Shown here piece by piece: positions 26,523 to 44,460 of a DNA stretch of 64,000 nucleotides. Position 1 is the first letter of the stretch. The number at the start of each line of letters is the position of its first letter. This DNA comes from Moniliella sp. 'wahieum' (lineage: Eukaryota). Below the pieces are notes generated by a model that was not told where the DNA came from, ran no database searches, and worked only from the letters and a program-made list of their open reading frames with translations. The DNA lies in NCBI GenBank assembly GCA_003971905.1, contig RSEE01000054.1, positions 1-64,000 on the forward strand, written 5' to 3'. Position numbers and translations under genes: made by a program.

Positions 26523-27293
26523 GATGAGGGGCTGACGTACTCTCTCATCTTGCTTCTCCCTGTTCCTTGCTCTATCCTTCTTTCTCTTTTACGATTACGA
26601 CTGTACGACTTTTGTACGACGGGGGATGGAGGTGGAGGGGGGGTTCTCCTACCCTTTTCCTTTTCCTTCTCTCTCTTTTCTCCTTTGCCTTCACGACGTG
26701 GCGAGGCGTACGACACTATTACGGATGTGGGTCGCAGGTGTACGTTGGATTGCCTTGCATGGCGCATGTCCACGCCTTGGCTCTCTCTCTCTCCGCGCCA
26801 CCCTTGTGTGACGATATACCCATTCTGATGGGGGGGCACTCCCCCTCTTTTTTGTCCTGTGCCCTCTGCATCTACCGGTCTGTGCACGGTGTGGAATGCC
26901 TGGCGGGGCGCATGAAAACGTATTATACAAAGAACGATCGTTCGGTCTTGATCTGCATCACGGCTGCTGCGGAGACTGCGGTAGGAGGGTGGAGGGTGGA
27001 GGGTGGAGGGAACTATCTCTAGCAGGCGGGAAGCATGACAGAGATAGGGTGGGGTGCTTTGCGGTCACTATATTGCCGGAGGCTGCTGACATGTGACACT
27101 CGAAACGGCCAGGTCTGTGTCTCTGAGATCTCCATGGGCCATAGCAACAAAGACACTGCTGTGATACGCTGTGGGCGGCGCTTACTATTGGGCGGCAGGA
27201 TAGGCGGCACCTTGCATGCATCCCAACCGGCGATGATGCGCGTGGGGCGCACGGCATACACCATGATCTTATCATTCACCTTGTTGCTGCGAT

Positions 27294-27320
27294 GTCACTA
27301 GTCACTAGTCACTAGTCACT
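27294..27320. repeat. (GTCACTA)x~4 palindromic heptad array
   Basis: gtcactagtcactagtcactagtcact. Confidence 0.9.
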
Positions 27321-28085
27321 GCCCCCGCCCCGCCTCCCCAGGGGACAGTGTGGATTCTACGGGTCTCTCCCCCAGATGGACCCATTCAGCAAAGCGGACC
27401 CAGTCTTCTGGGCGAATCCCGCCGCTCCTGCTCTCGCCGCACGAAGAGAATGGGGCCCACTCCTGCATGATTCCCGCGCCACCCAAAGTCAATTCTCTCA
27501 TCGGCGCGGCAAAGACGCGCGGGGGAGTGTCCCTTGCATGCCAAGTAGGGTTGTGCTGTGCTCAACTGCAAGGCGGCGACGCAAGGGGTAGCTTCTGCAC
27601 AAGTGCGAGGGGCAGAAGCCGAGGATGCCGGCAGTACGACGCATGAGGGTGATGCATGAGATCTGGGGCGGCCCGGAAGTCCATATATCCACAACAGAGC
27701 TGATGCGGAAGCAGGGAGGTGGTTGGTGGTCACTGGTCACAGGTCACCGGTCACAGGTCGCAGGCGAGTCCTGCTGCAGTGCTGCTCTGTTCTGCAATGC
27801 CTCCCCCTGGCGTGGCTGTGGACGATGGTCGATGGACCCTCATTCCAAGTTGCTGGGGAGGGTCAATGCAGCATTGGAAGACGTAATCTTTTGTATATAT
27901 AGACTCCTCTCGTCTCCTCACCCAACCCTCTCCTTCCTCCCGTCCCCACCCCCTTCTCTTTCCTCGCTCTAAGCCCCTAGAAACGCTCACTACGGCATTC
28001 GCACTCTCTCATCCTTTCCCCTTTGCCCCCCTCTTCGCACATTCTCTTGTGACCACCGAGAGCAACGAGCACGGCGTATCGCACC

Positions 28086-30891
28086 ATGCATTATTCCTCT
28101 ATGTCCATCTCTCCGATCCAGGCTCTTGGCTTGCTCTCGGGTCTGGCATCCCTATCCACTGCATACGCAGTTGCCATTCCCAATAATAACCCCCGTCATG
28201 GTAAATCCCCGTCCCTAGCTGCCCCCGTATTGGTCTCGAGGGAGCGTGGCACCAAACAACACCCACGTGCCTTTCGTGCCGTAGACCGCACTCTGTTTGG
28301 GCCTCGCTCCAACTCACTCCAGGACAAGAACCCATGGCACACCGTCACCAAGAACGCCGACGGAAGCCACTCGCATGAGTACAATCTCGTTCTCGAACCC
28401 CGCTGGCTCGCCCCCGACGGGTATTGGCGCAAGACGGACACGATCAATGGCAAGACCCCAGGTCCAACGATCGAAATTGACGAAGGGGACACGGTCACCA
28501 TCCATGCCTTCAATGACAACCCGTCCCAGATGACTCTCCACTTCCACGGAATCGAACTCAAGCCTTTCAATGACGGTGTACCTGGTGTCACGCAGGTATG
28601 TCTCCCCCTCCCTCTTCCCCCATATCAAGCATAGAAAAAAGCACACACGTCAAGCTTCACAGACTCGAGAAAGCTGACCTTTGACCGTGGTTTATGATGA
28701 AGTGGAACATTCTTCCCTACGGCAACTACACTTATACGTGGCAAGCGCATCAGCATGGAGCATTCTGGTACCACTCGCATGCGCGTGGAACGTACGTATA
28801 TGCATACATCTGACTTCATCTACTGTGTATTCGTTGTTCTAGTCACATGTACTAACCAACTTTTTTTCCTGTTTTGTTGATCGCCATAATGGGTAATATC
28901 TATATCGCTCTACGCATACAACAGCTATGCCGACGGTTCCCGTGGCTCGATTGTGATTCACCCCCGCGCAAACGTCACTCGGCCATGGAAGCTGATCAGC
29001 AGCAACAAAGCCGACCAAACGGCCATGGAGCAGGCGTATTCCAAAGCGGGTGTGCTTCAACTGCACGACTGGCGGCACGAGTCACTCGACTCGGCGTTGG
29101 TTCGCTACCGCTACACAGGACAAGACCCGTACTGCATCGATTCGGTATTGATCAACTCGCAAGGTCGCATGCAATGCCCCGACGCGGGCTTCCTTGCAGC
29201 GCAGGGCAAAACCGGCATTGACGGCTACGATGGATCCAAGCTTGACCCTACCGGTTGCATTCCTCCCCGCGCCGGGTTTGTTGACAGTCTGTCCAATGTC
29301 AATCCGCGCGAATGCACCAACACCACCTCGGCCTACGGAGTGTACCCTGCTTCCAAGTACGCTTCAGACGATGGCAAGTGGGCTGCCTTCCACTTGGTCA
29401 ACACGGCTTCGCAGCATGAGATCTGCTTTAGCATTGATGGGTATGTCCCGTTCCTCTCTGTTTTCTTATATCTCTTGGCGCATACATATATGCATTCTAT
29501 AGGGTGTGAGGAGCAAAACTAACCGTCGCTTTTCTTCTTTCAAGACACACCCAATACATTGTGGCATCCGATGGTCCTTTTGTCAAGCCCCAACAAGTGC
29601 AAGTGAGTGACTTGTCCATTGGGATGCGCCAAACTGTGCTGGTTCGACTGGATCAACCCAAGGGCCAATACACTATCCGGGCTGCGCTTTGCAATTCGCG
29701 GGAGCAGATCGCTTCGGGATACGCCGTGTTGGACGTGGACGTCCCCAGTGACAAACAGGAATCGAGCAAGGCGCCGAAAGCGAGCCAAAAGGCACCCCAA
29801 TCGTCTTCCAAACCGACCAGCAGTCTCGCCAGCAAGTCCGTGAATGCGGGCCCCGCCACCATCACACAATTTCGGGCGAGGATGCGACCCAGTTGAATTA
29901 CCCTGCTGTGGCAGTATCCAACCCAGCCATGTCAGTACAGCCATACATGGCGGGCAGCGGTAGTGACGTCCACGGACTACCGCAAGCGCCTGCCAAGTGG
30001 TCCAATGGCTGGACTTCGGCCGATGGTCCCGTGACCAACTGGCTCCCCTCTTCCGACAAGACAAAGGTTTGGTTGGACTACAATGGCAAACTGCTCAATG
30101 GGGCCAAAGTACAAGATGACGAGACCCTCTCTCCCTTTCCTAGCCAATCTCCACCCCAAGGAAAGGCCGACTACACCTTCCGGGTAACGATCAACGAAAC
30201 CAATGCGGTCAGCTGGGCTTTGAACCAAGTACCGTCAACAGTCTCAACTACCAAGCCACCCCTCTTCTCTACCAGCCCCACAATCCCACCCAGGACCCCA
30301 AGCAAACGATCCTCAACGTCGAGGTGGGGAAGGTGGTGGACATTATCTTTGAGGACTTGGGCAACGGCGACTTTGCTGACGTCGCCCATCCCATCCACAA
30401 GCACCAAAACCCCGTGTGGGTGCTGGCGTATGAACGTGGCAAGCGCTTTACTTGGTCAGACGTGTCGGCGGCCGCGGCGGCCAGGAACCAGTCGGGCGTC
30501 AACCTAGTTGACCCGCCCAAGCGCGACTCGTGGATGGTGCCAGTGGGAGGGTATGCGGTCACACGCCACTACGTTGTCAAGCCGGGCGCGACCATACTGC
30601 ACTGTCATCTGGTTGCGCACCACCAGAGGTACGTTTGTTGCCCCTCCCCCTTTGCGACAGCACTGCGACCAGCATGCGCACAGCATAAGCGTGTCTTTTG
30701 GTGTGTGGGTTGATGTATTTACTGACCGCGTTAACCCATCTCCTTTATTCCTTTCTTCGTACAGCGGTATGGCCCTCGTATTCAAGGAGGGCGAGTTCGA
30801 CGCGAGCACTGTGCCTGAGTGGGCGTGCATCTATCCCCATGCTATCCCTCCCTACGCGGACGAGGGTAAGATTGGGTTGGACGAACTGTGA
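28086..30891 (+). CDS. Secreted multicopper oxidase/laccase (Abr2/pigment-MCO-like), multi-exon
   Basis: Signal peptide; INGKTPGPTIEIDEGD; copper motifs HFHG, WYHSH (about 28765), HPIHKH, HCHLVAHHQSGM. Confidence 0.93.
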
Positions 30892-31639
30892 TGATGGATG
30901 CACGAGAATTATCAATGCCAGCAGAGACCGGTCACCTTTTGCTTCTGCTCCTGTGTTTTCTTTTTCGCTGGCACATCCACACACAACTTATCAAGGCAGC
31001 CTCCCTTTTGTTTCGATACTCTCATTGTGCTATAACTCTCTCTCCCTCTCACACGGTGATGTGTGTATTATGCCTCAAATCCCCACCTGATGACACTTTT
31101 TTTGCCATCCGTTTTTGTGATTATAAACTAGGCTCTACCCGCCTTATTCGCCTTTTATCCCCTTGTCAGGCACTGTTTTCTTCTTCAATCGTCTTGCGTG
31201 CTACCCTTTTCCAAAACAACACCCCCCGCTATGCTGTTACCCTCTCCGCGCCATCGCCTATATACTACTCTCCCAGCGTCATATTCCGAGACCTTTTTTT
31301 TTTTTTTTGAATCATTTTGGGCTTAACATGCACGTCAATAGAAGCAGGCATGGGCAATTATTCAAAAAACTGCCAAGGCAGTGTATATATACTCGAGTAT
31401 AGAAGAGGGATATATGGTAGATAAGGAGAACCACCGGGCCTACGGCCCGGTCAGTCAGCTGGGGCTTCGCCCCAGCTGCCGTTCCCCCTTCGCCACCGTA
31501 GCCACCGTTCCCCTGGGCCACCGTTCCACGCTGGAGAGGGAACATAATATCACCGATACTTGCGGGTGGGCTGGAACGTGGTACCGGTCAGGGAACGTGG
31601 CACCGGTCGCTGATGTAAAAGCGTGCAGATCGGGGGTCG

Positions 31640-32493
31640 TGCAATATTTTGGTGCGTTGCATGACGCAGTGCGGGAGCCCATTCTCCAGCTCCTACGCTC
31701 CATCCCCGACACCCATGTCCGCAACGAACCTATGGTGGAGGACGAGGATGGGAGAAGACAAAGGACGCAGCGCACCGACTACCGCGTGATGGGGCCCGGA
31801 GCACTCGGAGGATCAGGAATGGAGGTAGACCACACGCTGCGCGACACGGGATCACTGGCGGCGCAGAGCGCGTTCCGGAGGGTGGTGCATGAGAGCACCG
31901 CAACCCCCTTGGAACGCCGGGAGAAGGAGCTGCTTCGGATGCTTGAACAAGCCGAATGCGGCAAGAACGCCAAGTACCAGGGACGCACTCAAGAGCCGTT
32001 TTTCCCCCTGGTTTTGACGACGCGAGGATACTACGGCACCAAGACGGCGGGCAAGTTGTTCGCGCATTGGAAGGAGTTGGCTACTAAGTCTCAGTGGAAA
32101 TGGTTCCTCGCTCGGATGTCAACCACGTTCCTCCGTGTCCACACGCGCTTCCTAGGGTACGGGACCGGATGGCGTGAGCCGGAGGGTCCTGATATCCTGG
32201 CGATCCCCTGGTCCCTTGACCCTGGTGGTGCCCCCAAGTAACCCCCGCAAGATGAACGGTTAGGTTTAGACGTAGCGTTCCCCCTGTCCCAGCCTTAAGC
32301 TCTGTCAATGAAATGGACGTGACTTAGGGCTCAGCGAGGGAGATGAGATCGAGAGGAAAGACCCCTCCGTGAAAGCTCATCTCCATCAGTCTCTTTCGAT
32401 AATATTATGCAGTTGAAAGTGTGGATTGTGGGTGTGGGCTTCGCATCAAATTGTTCGTGAAGTCCATGCTATACTAACGATATACTAACGATA
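31640..32493 (+). mobile_element. 5'-truncated non-LTR retrotransposon (restriction-like endonuclease, CRE/Cnl1-like): C-terminal ORF to 32241 plus structured 3' UTR
   Basis: HDAVR...EP...RTDYRV...EVDHT...KNAKY...FFPLVLTTRG...FAHW...MSTTFLR follows the RLE pattern RHD-E-R.D-D-K..KY-F.P; second copy in the window; ends in (TATACTAACGA)x2. Confidence 0.75.
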
Positions 32494-33013
32494 ATCGATC
32501 ATCGATAGTCGATCGTCGAGGGATATTGGCGATGATCGATGATATCGATGACAGGATGACAGGTGTGTGACAGAAATGCAAGCGGCTGGGCAGTGTGTTC
32601 CGAGCCCAGCGGCGCCGCCTGCTGGCCCCGGGAGACAGTCGCCTATTGCGCCCCACACTCGACGGGCCTGTAGCATGTATTTACGCCCCGTTCAGCAGAG
32701 TGTGCACGGGCAGTGTGCGGGGCAAGCATTTGTGAATGCAATAATGCGAATGTATATCGGACAGGCTGTTGCATGCTATGGCCATTCATTTTCATTCTAC
32801 CATGGGGCTGCAGTGCCCCTCAGCCACACCCATGCGGGGCAATGCACGCCATCATACACTAATCTTTGGCCAGTAACTAGTCTGTAGGGCCTGCGTCAGA
32901 TCTCAGGATACAAGACACTTATGCAGTTCCTGTGGGCCAAATGAATGCCACCCAGCCCCACCACCCCCATCCCCATCCCCACCCCTACCACCCCCATTCC
33001 CAACATTCCCAAT

Positions 33014-39388
<6,375 letters not shown>

Positions 39389-40284
39389 GCCTCTTTTGGG
39401 GGTCATTGGCACAACTCTAGCCTTTTGATCAGTGCAGACCACCCCTTAGGTTTTGAGACCATGCCCAGTCCTCTCCCTCCCTCAGACCCAATCCTGTCCC
39501 TGTCAAGATCCCGGCCCATACACCTTTTTTCGCTATGCACTTTTCTTTCCACCAAGTCTTTTCTCTTTCTATGTATCCTCACCCTCACTCCCCCCGGGGT
39601 GAGAGGGGATAGAACATCGGCAGTTGTCCCACGCAGCGCCATTACATGATTTCCCCCCCTCGCTTCTTGTCACATGTCACATGTCAATTAGACTGCCGCA
39701 TAGTAGGAAAGCAGATGCTATCAATGGCCTCCATGACGTTTGAGTGGGATAGAGTATTAGAGCTGAACTTGGCAGACGGTGGCCCAAAGAATCAATGGAA
39801 GAGGAAATGAAGGATGATGTCGATAGTGACCCGGGCCTTTAGCGCGCCACGAGCGTCTTCAAAAAAGCCCTCCACTACTGATCTTCTTCTCAGTCTGGGC
39901 CAATCCAGCTCTGGTCACTTCTTTCGCTACCACGGCGGAACTCCATGTAGCTTACCGCGGGAACTGAACGAACCGTAGCGGAAGCGGTGTTGGCCCTCGC
40001 ACACCTTCGTCAATTGGCCGACTATTAGCGAGTTACGCTACATCTACGGAATACTTCCTTGCGGACCAGGATTGCCTCCTCTTATCCACCTCAGACGACC
40101 ATAGCATACCAATTCAATTCGAACCATCAGCCTAGCCTAGGTCCTGCCACCGTTCTGCGCCGAACGGACGGCGCACGGGGTGGTGGCAGAGGTGCAAGCG
40201 AGTGACAGAGTAGGACAAAGTTGTACAAAAAAAGGGGGGGAGGTGCATGAGAGAGGAACAAGAAGCAAGGGGGAGGGGGGCGGA

Positions 40285-40287
<3 letters not shown>

Positions 40288-40314
<27 letters not shown>
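40288..40314. repeat. (GA)n microsatellite
   Basis: Seen directly. Confidence 0.9.
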
Positions 40315-40315
<1 letters not shown>

Positions 40316-40516
40316 GGCTGAGAGAGAGAAGTGTACAAGGTTCAGGTGGGCAGGCTGGGCAGCAGGAGAAGAGCAAGTGTGTGCTCTCGGTGTTGGCCCA
40401 CCCCCAGCAAAGAAAGGGACGACAAGAGCAAAATAGATCGTGTGACAGAGAGCGAGCCTCCTTAAAGGGGGTTGCGAGAGTGGTGGTGGGGGGGGGGGAG
40501 CGGGATCGCATAGATA

Positions 40517-42538
40517 TTAGATTTTTGATCCAAGCGGCCGGGCATGGACCAACTTGGCGCTCCGCCGCGATGGGGTCGAAGCACCCGATTCGATCGAAAT
40601 GGAGGGGGCTCTGCTACCCGTCGAGGCGTAATGGGCGTCGCGCATCGGACCACATGCGTTGGGCATGGTGGCAAGGTACGCCTTGGCACCCAAGGACGTG
40701 TTGAGTGGCGCAATGCCCATTTGGGCAATCCATTCAAACGAGTACTGCATCTGGTTCAAGTCGCCACCCGCCTGGCGTCCTTGCCATTGCGGCACGGTCG
40801 AATTTTCCATTCGCCAACTCCAAAAGAACCAGCGGCCGATCCGTAGGTGGCAGCTTGGTTGATAAAGTACGCTTTGCTCCACGTCATGTCGGTCAAGCCG
40901 CTGGCCAACGACCATTCCGTCTTGGCTGTGGGCACGGGGAAGCTAAGGTACGGGTCAATGTTGTTGCACACGCGGTTGTTGATCAAGGTCTGGTTGGTTT
41001 GGGCTGGGAAGTTGCCCGGGTAGGGATTGTCGTTGAGCACGAGCAACGACGCATTCTTGCCCGTGGCAAACGGCGCCCAAAATTGAGTCGGGTTGCTGAC
41101 AAAGGCATGGTGAAAGTACATGGGCAGCTCGACCGCGGCCAGCAGGGGGTACACTTGCTCGTAAAACTGTTGTGTGATTTGCACCCGTTCAGGCGTACCA
41201 AACTTGACCCCAATCGGTTCGTTGACCGGCGACACACCCGTCACGACCGACTTGTACTGGTTGCGTGATCCACGAGATGAGGTTCTAACGGTGGTCAGGC
41301 CACGCGCTTGGTTGGTCGAGTTGAACCAGTCGGGGGGACCGACATGTCCACTGCTCTGATCGCCCGACTATAGAAGCGCGAGAGACGGACACGGGGTACA
41401 GTCAGTACATCATGCGCCCTGGGTGAGGAGCGGTCCCAACCCAATCTACACCCTGGAGGGAGAGAAGGCGGAGAAAAAGGGCAAAGAAGGGGGGGGAGTA
41501 CGTACCTGAGAGCCGGGCATCGCGTGCAGGTCAATCAAGGCGCGCATGCCGCGCTTGTAGAGCCAGCCAAGAATGTTGTTGAGGTGGATGAGCTGGGTCG
41601 AGTTGACGTACGGCTCATCGCCTTCGGTCGGGATCAAGGTCCAAAATCCAAGGGGGATACGAAGGTGGTTGACGCCATGGGCCTGCATCAGGTCCAAGTC
41701 GCTCTCGACCAGCCAAGTGGACCAATGTTGATCCAGAACCTCCTTGGCCTTGTCGGGGCCCGCCTGGACAAATGTCCACTCGTCATGGGCGTTGGGCGCA
41801 TAGGACACAAACCAATCCTCATTCATCCACCGTTCCAGGACAAAGTACCCACCCAACGACACGCCAACAATCTTGTTCTTGGGGTCGCTCGCATCCCAAA
41901 ACGGAAGCGGCTCTACCGCCAGGGGCAGATCGGGTGCGGCCTGCGGGCTCCAGTTGCCAAAGCGAGCCTTGACGGCGGCCTGGTTGGGCAGGATCTCCCC
42001 CAGTGTAATACCCAGGACCATGGCGATGGAAAACAGAAAGAGGAGGACGAGGGAGGTAAGGCTTTTGGGATGACTCTTGAGATAGCCAATCGGGTCATTG
42101 TCAAACGTAACGGGGACGGCGGCTCGAGACGGATCCTTTTCATTATAGTAGCCATAATCGTAGCCACGGTCTACAAAGACGCCGTTGTCGTTCTGAACAT
42201 CAATCTCGGGTTCAGGGGCGGGATGGTGCGCGGGCTGAAGTTCGGGCTCGGGGTCAAGAGCGACATCGTTGAGGCGAACAGTGTAGGAGGTGCTGGCGTA
42301 CATCTGCTGCGACCCGTAGAGGGAGGCGGCCGAGTAGGGGCCCTGGTCAAACTGGAGTGAAGAGGGTTAGCTATACCATGCGGCAGGGCAGGCAACAGGG
42401 GATGGGCAGGCGGGGGACGCACATCGTGGTAGGCGGTGGGCGGCGTGTGGCAGCATACTGGGGGCAGGATCTGAGGCGGAGGGGCGTAGCTGCGGTGGGG
42501 AGGGCAGCGCCAGCGTGCCAGACGGGTTGCTGCTGCAT
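40517..42538 (-). CDS. Membrane-anchored glycoside hydrolase family 5 (exo-beta-1,3-glucanase-like)
   Basis: TM helix LTSLVLLFLFSIAMVLGITLG; GVSLGGYFVLERWM; DEWTF; HWSTWLVESD; HLRIPLGFW; IDLHAMPGSQ; acid/base SPVNEP; nucleophile VGEW. Confidence 0.92.
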
Positions 42539-44179
42539 GGCGAGGGGGAGGGGGAGGGGGAGGGGGGGGAGGAGGAGGAGGGAGAGGTGGTGGGAAGAGG
42601 AGGGGATGGGGCAGAAAAAGTATCTTGCCTGTCGAGTGGTAGCAGCTGTCGCTCGCTCGTCGGGGCCGGGCGGGACTGGGTGAGTGCGTCTGCACACGCC
42701 TGGTCCTGGTCTGCAATATACGCCCGAGGGAGCCAAACGACGCAACCTACGCCATGGCCCGCACGGGGGCAGTGGGCCTGGCGGCGATTTGGGGCACTGC
42801 CGCAGAGCGCCGGTGGGTGGGCAGGGTGCAGAGTGGCGCGGTGCGGTGCGGTGGGACGGGGCGGCAGCGGCAGCGGCAGCGAGTGCCGTGCCGTGCGCCC
42901 GGCTGCACCTTCCACCTGCGGCAGGCGGGGTGCAGCAGGGTGCAGTGCCTGTTTGTGCCGCCGGCTCTGTTGCCTGCCGCACTCGAGTGCAGGCCGGGCA
43001 CGCCGGCCGCTGCAGGGGGCGAGCCAGTCCGGGCACCCCGTGCATCGTCGGGCATCGATCATGCATCAGATCATGCCTCTGGCTGCTGGCCCTCGTGTGG
43101 GATGGGTGCTTTCCCGATCCCTTTCAGATCTTAGTCTCTCAGTCACCAATAGTAGTCAGTACTCCCGCAACCCAGTATCCAGCCTTGTCGAATGGGCATC
43201 GGTCAGCGACATCTGCCATGCCCCCCCGTCTACGCGAGAGTGGCAGTGGGCACACGCGAGCCGTGAAGAGCATCATCGCCATGGCGCCCGCTGTGGCCGC
43301 TTGCCTGCCCAGGCGATCCCCCATTCGCGATCGGGGCTGAGGCACTGGGGCTCAGTCTGGCGCAGCGCTCAGCCGCTCAGCCGCTCACGCCCGCACCTCC
43401 TCCCGAACGAGGGGGCCAGGAGCAGGGGCCACAGTGTGATCCGCTGCTGCGCCATTGCAAACACATGTGGATGGCGGGGGGGAATCCTCGTCGTCCTGCG
43501 CCTCGGCCCGCCACCCCCTCCCACGGCCATGTGGGTTTGAAAGCGGACCTGCGCCTGGGGCCGGGCAGGGTTATCAGGCTGAGCCTCAACGCTGAGCCTC
43601 AGCACTGGCGGATTAAGCACTGGTCTGCTGTGCTCCACCGACTCGTACGGACTCCGAGCGACCCCCTTCAAATTCTGAAGCACACGCTTGCTATATTATC
43701 CGTCCCGGCGCTGTTGTGCCGACGGGGCCTGAGGCCCTGAGAGATCCTGAGATCTGAGGTCATCGATCAACGTCTTGGGGCCCTAGGCACTGTACACACG
43801 AGTCCATCTGAGTACCTGAGTACACGCACTACAACCGCCGCTCCCCTCTCCAACCGCGCTCTCTCTTGCGCTGCTCTCAGCTCGCTGTGGCTGGCTGAAC
43901 GGGGGTTGTTGCGCTGGAGAGGGCACTCACCCATCACACACCCTATTCGTATCCATGCACCATGCATCACCCAAACGTCACGCATGTAAGTTTTTCCCTA
44001 TCGTCTATCGTCCCTGTCACATCCACATCACGCACATCACAGGTCCCAGCACCAAACTTTCTACACAGCCAAGCACCATCAGCGCATCAGTATACCAGTG
44101 CATCAGCACCATCCCATTAACATTGGAGCAGGAAGGCGCATGAGCACGAGATCGGAGCAAGCGAAGCATGGCGATGGGC

Positions 44180-44390
44180 GATGATCGATGACGTTGAACG
44201 TTGACGTTGAACGTTGACGTTGAACGTTGACATGCATTGAAATTCAATCAGCCCCAGATCCCACAGGCGCCCCGGCTCCAGCATCCCATCGAGTCTGAGA
44301 TCTGCATTTCATCTGAAATCCAGCCAGTGTGAGATGCGGGTCGTGTAGATCGAAGCCAATCCTAAAGCAATCAAGCTTCAAGCTTCAAGC
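44180..44390. repeat. Palindromic heptad cluster: ATGATCGATGA, (GACGTTGAACGTT)x3, (TCAAGCT)x3
   Basis: Seen directly at 44180-44230 and 44371-44390. Confidence 0.88.
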
Positions 44391-44460
44391 GCCCAGTCGT
44401 TGATCTTTCCCGTCACCGGGTCACCGGCATCGGCCATGCCTCCTTGGGCCACGTGTCCGT

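Noticed and set aside
32339..32384. SECIS- or hammerhead-like element (ATGA...AAA...GA)
   Set aside because: Spacing is too short for a SECIS, ATGAG is Watson-Crick paired, the upstream ORF has no in-frame TGA, and there is no CTGANGA core.
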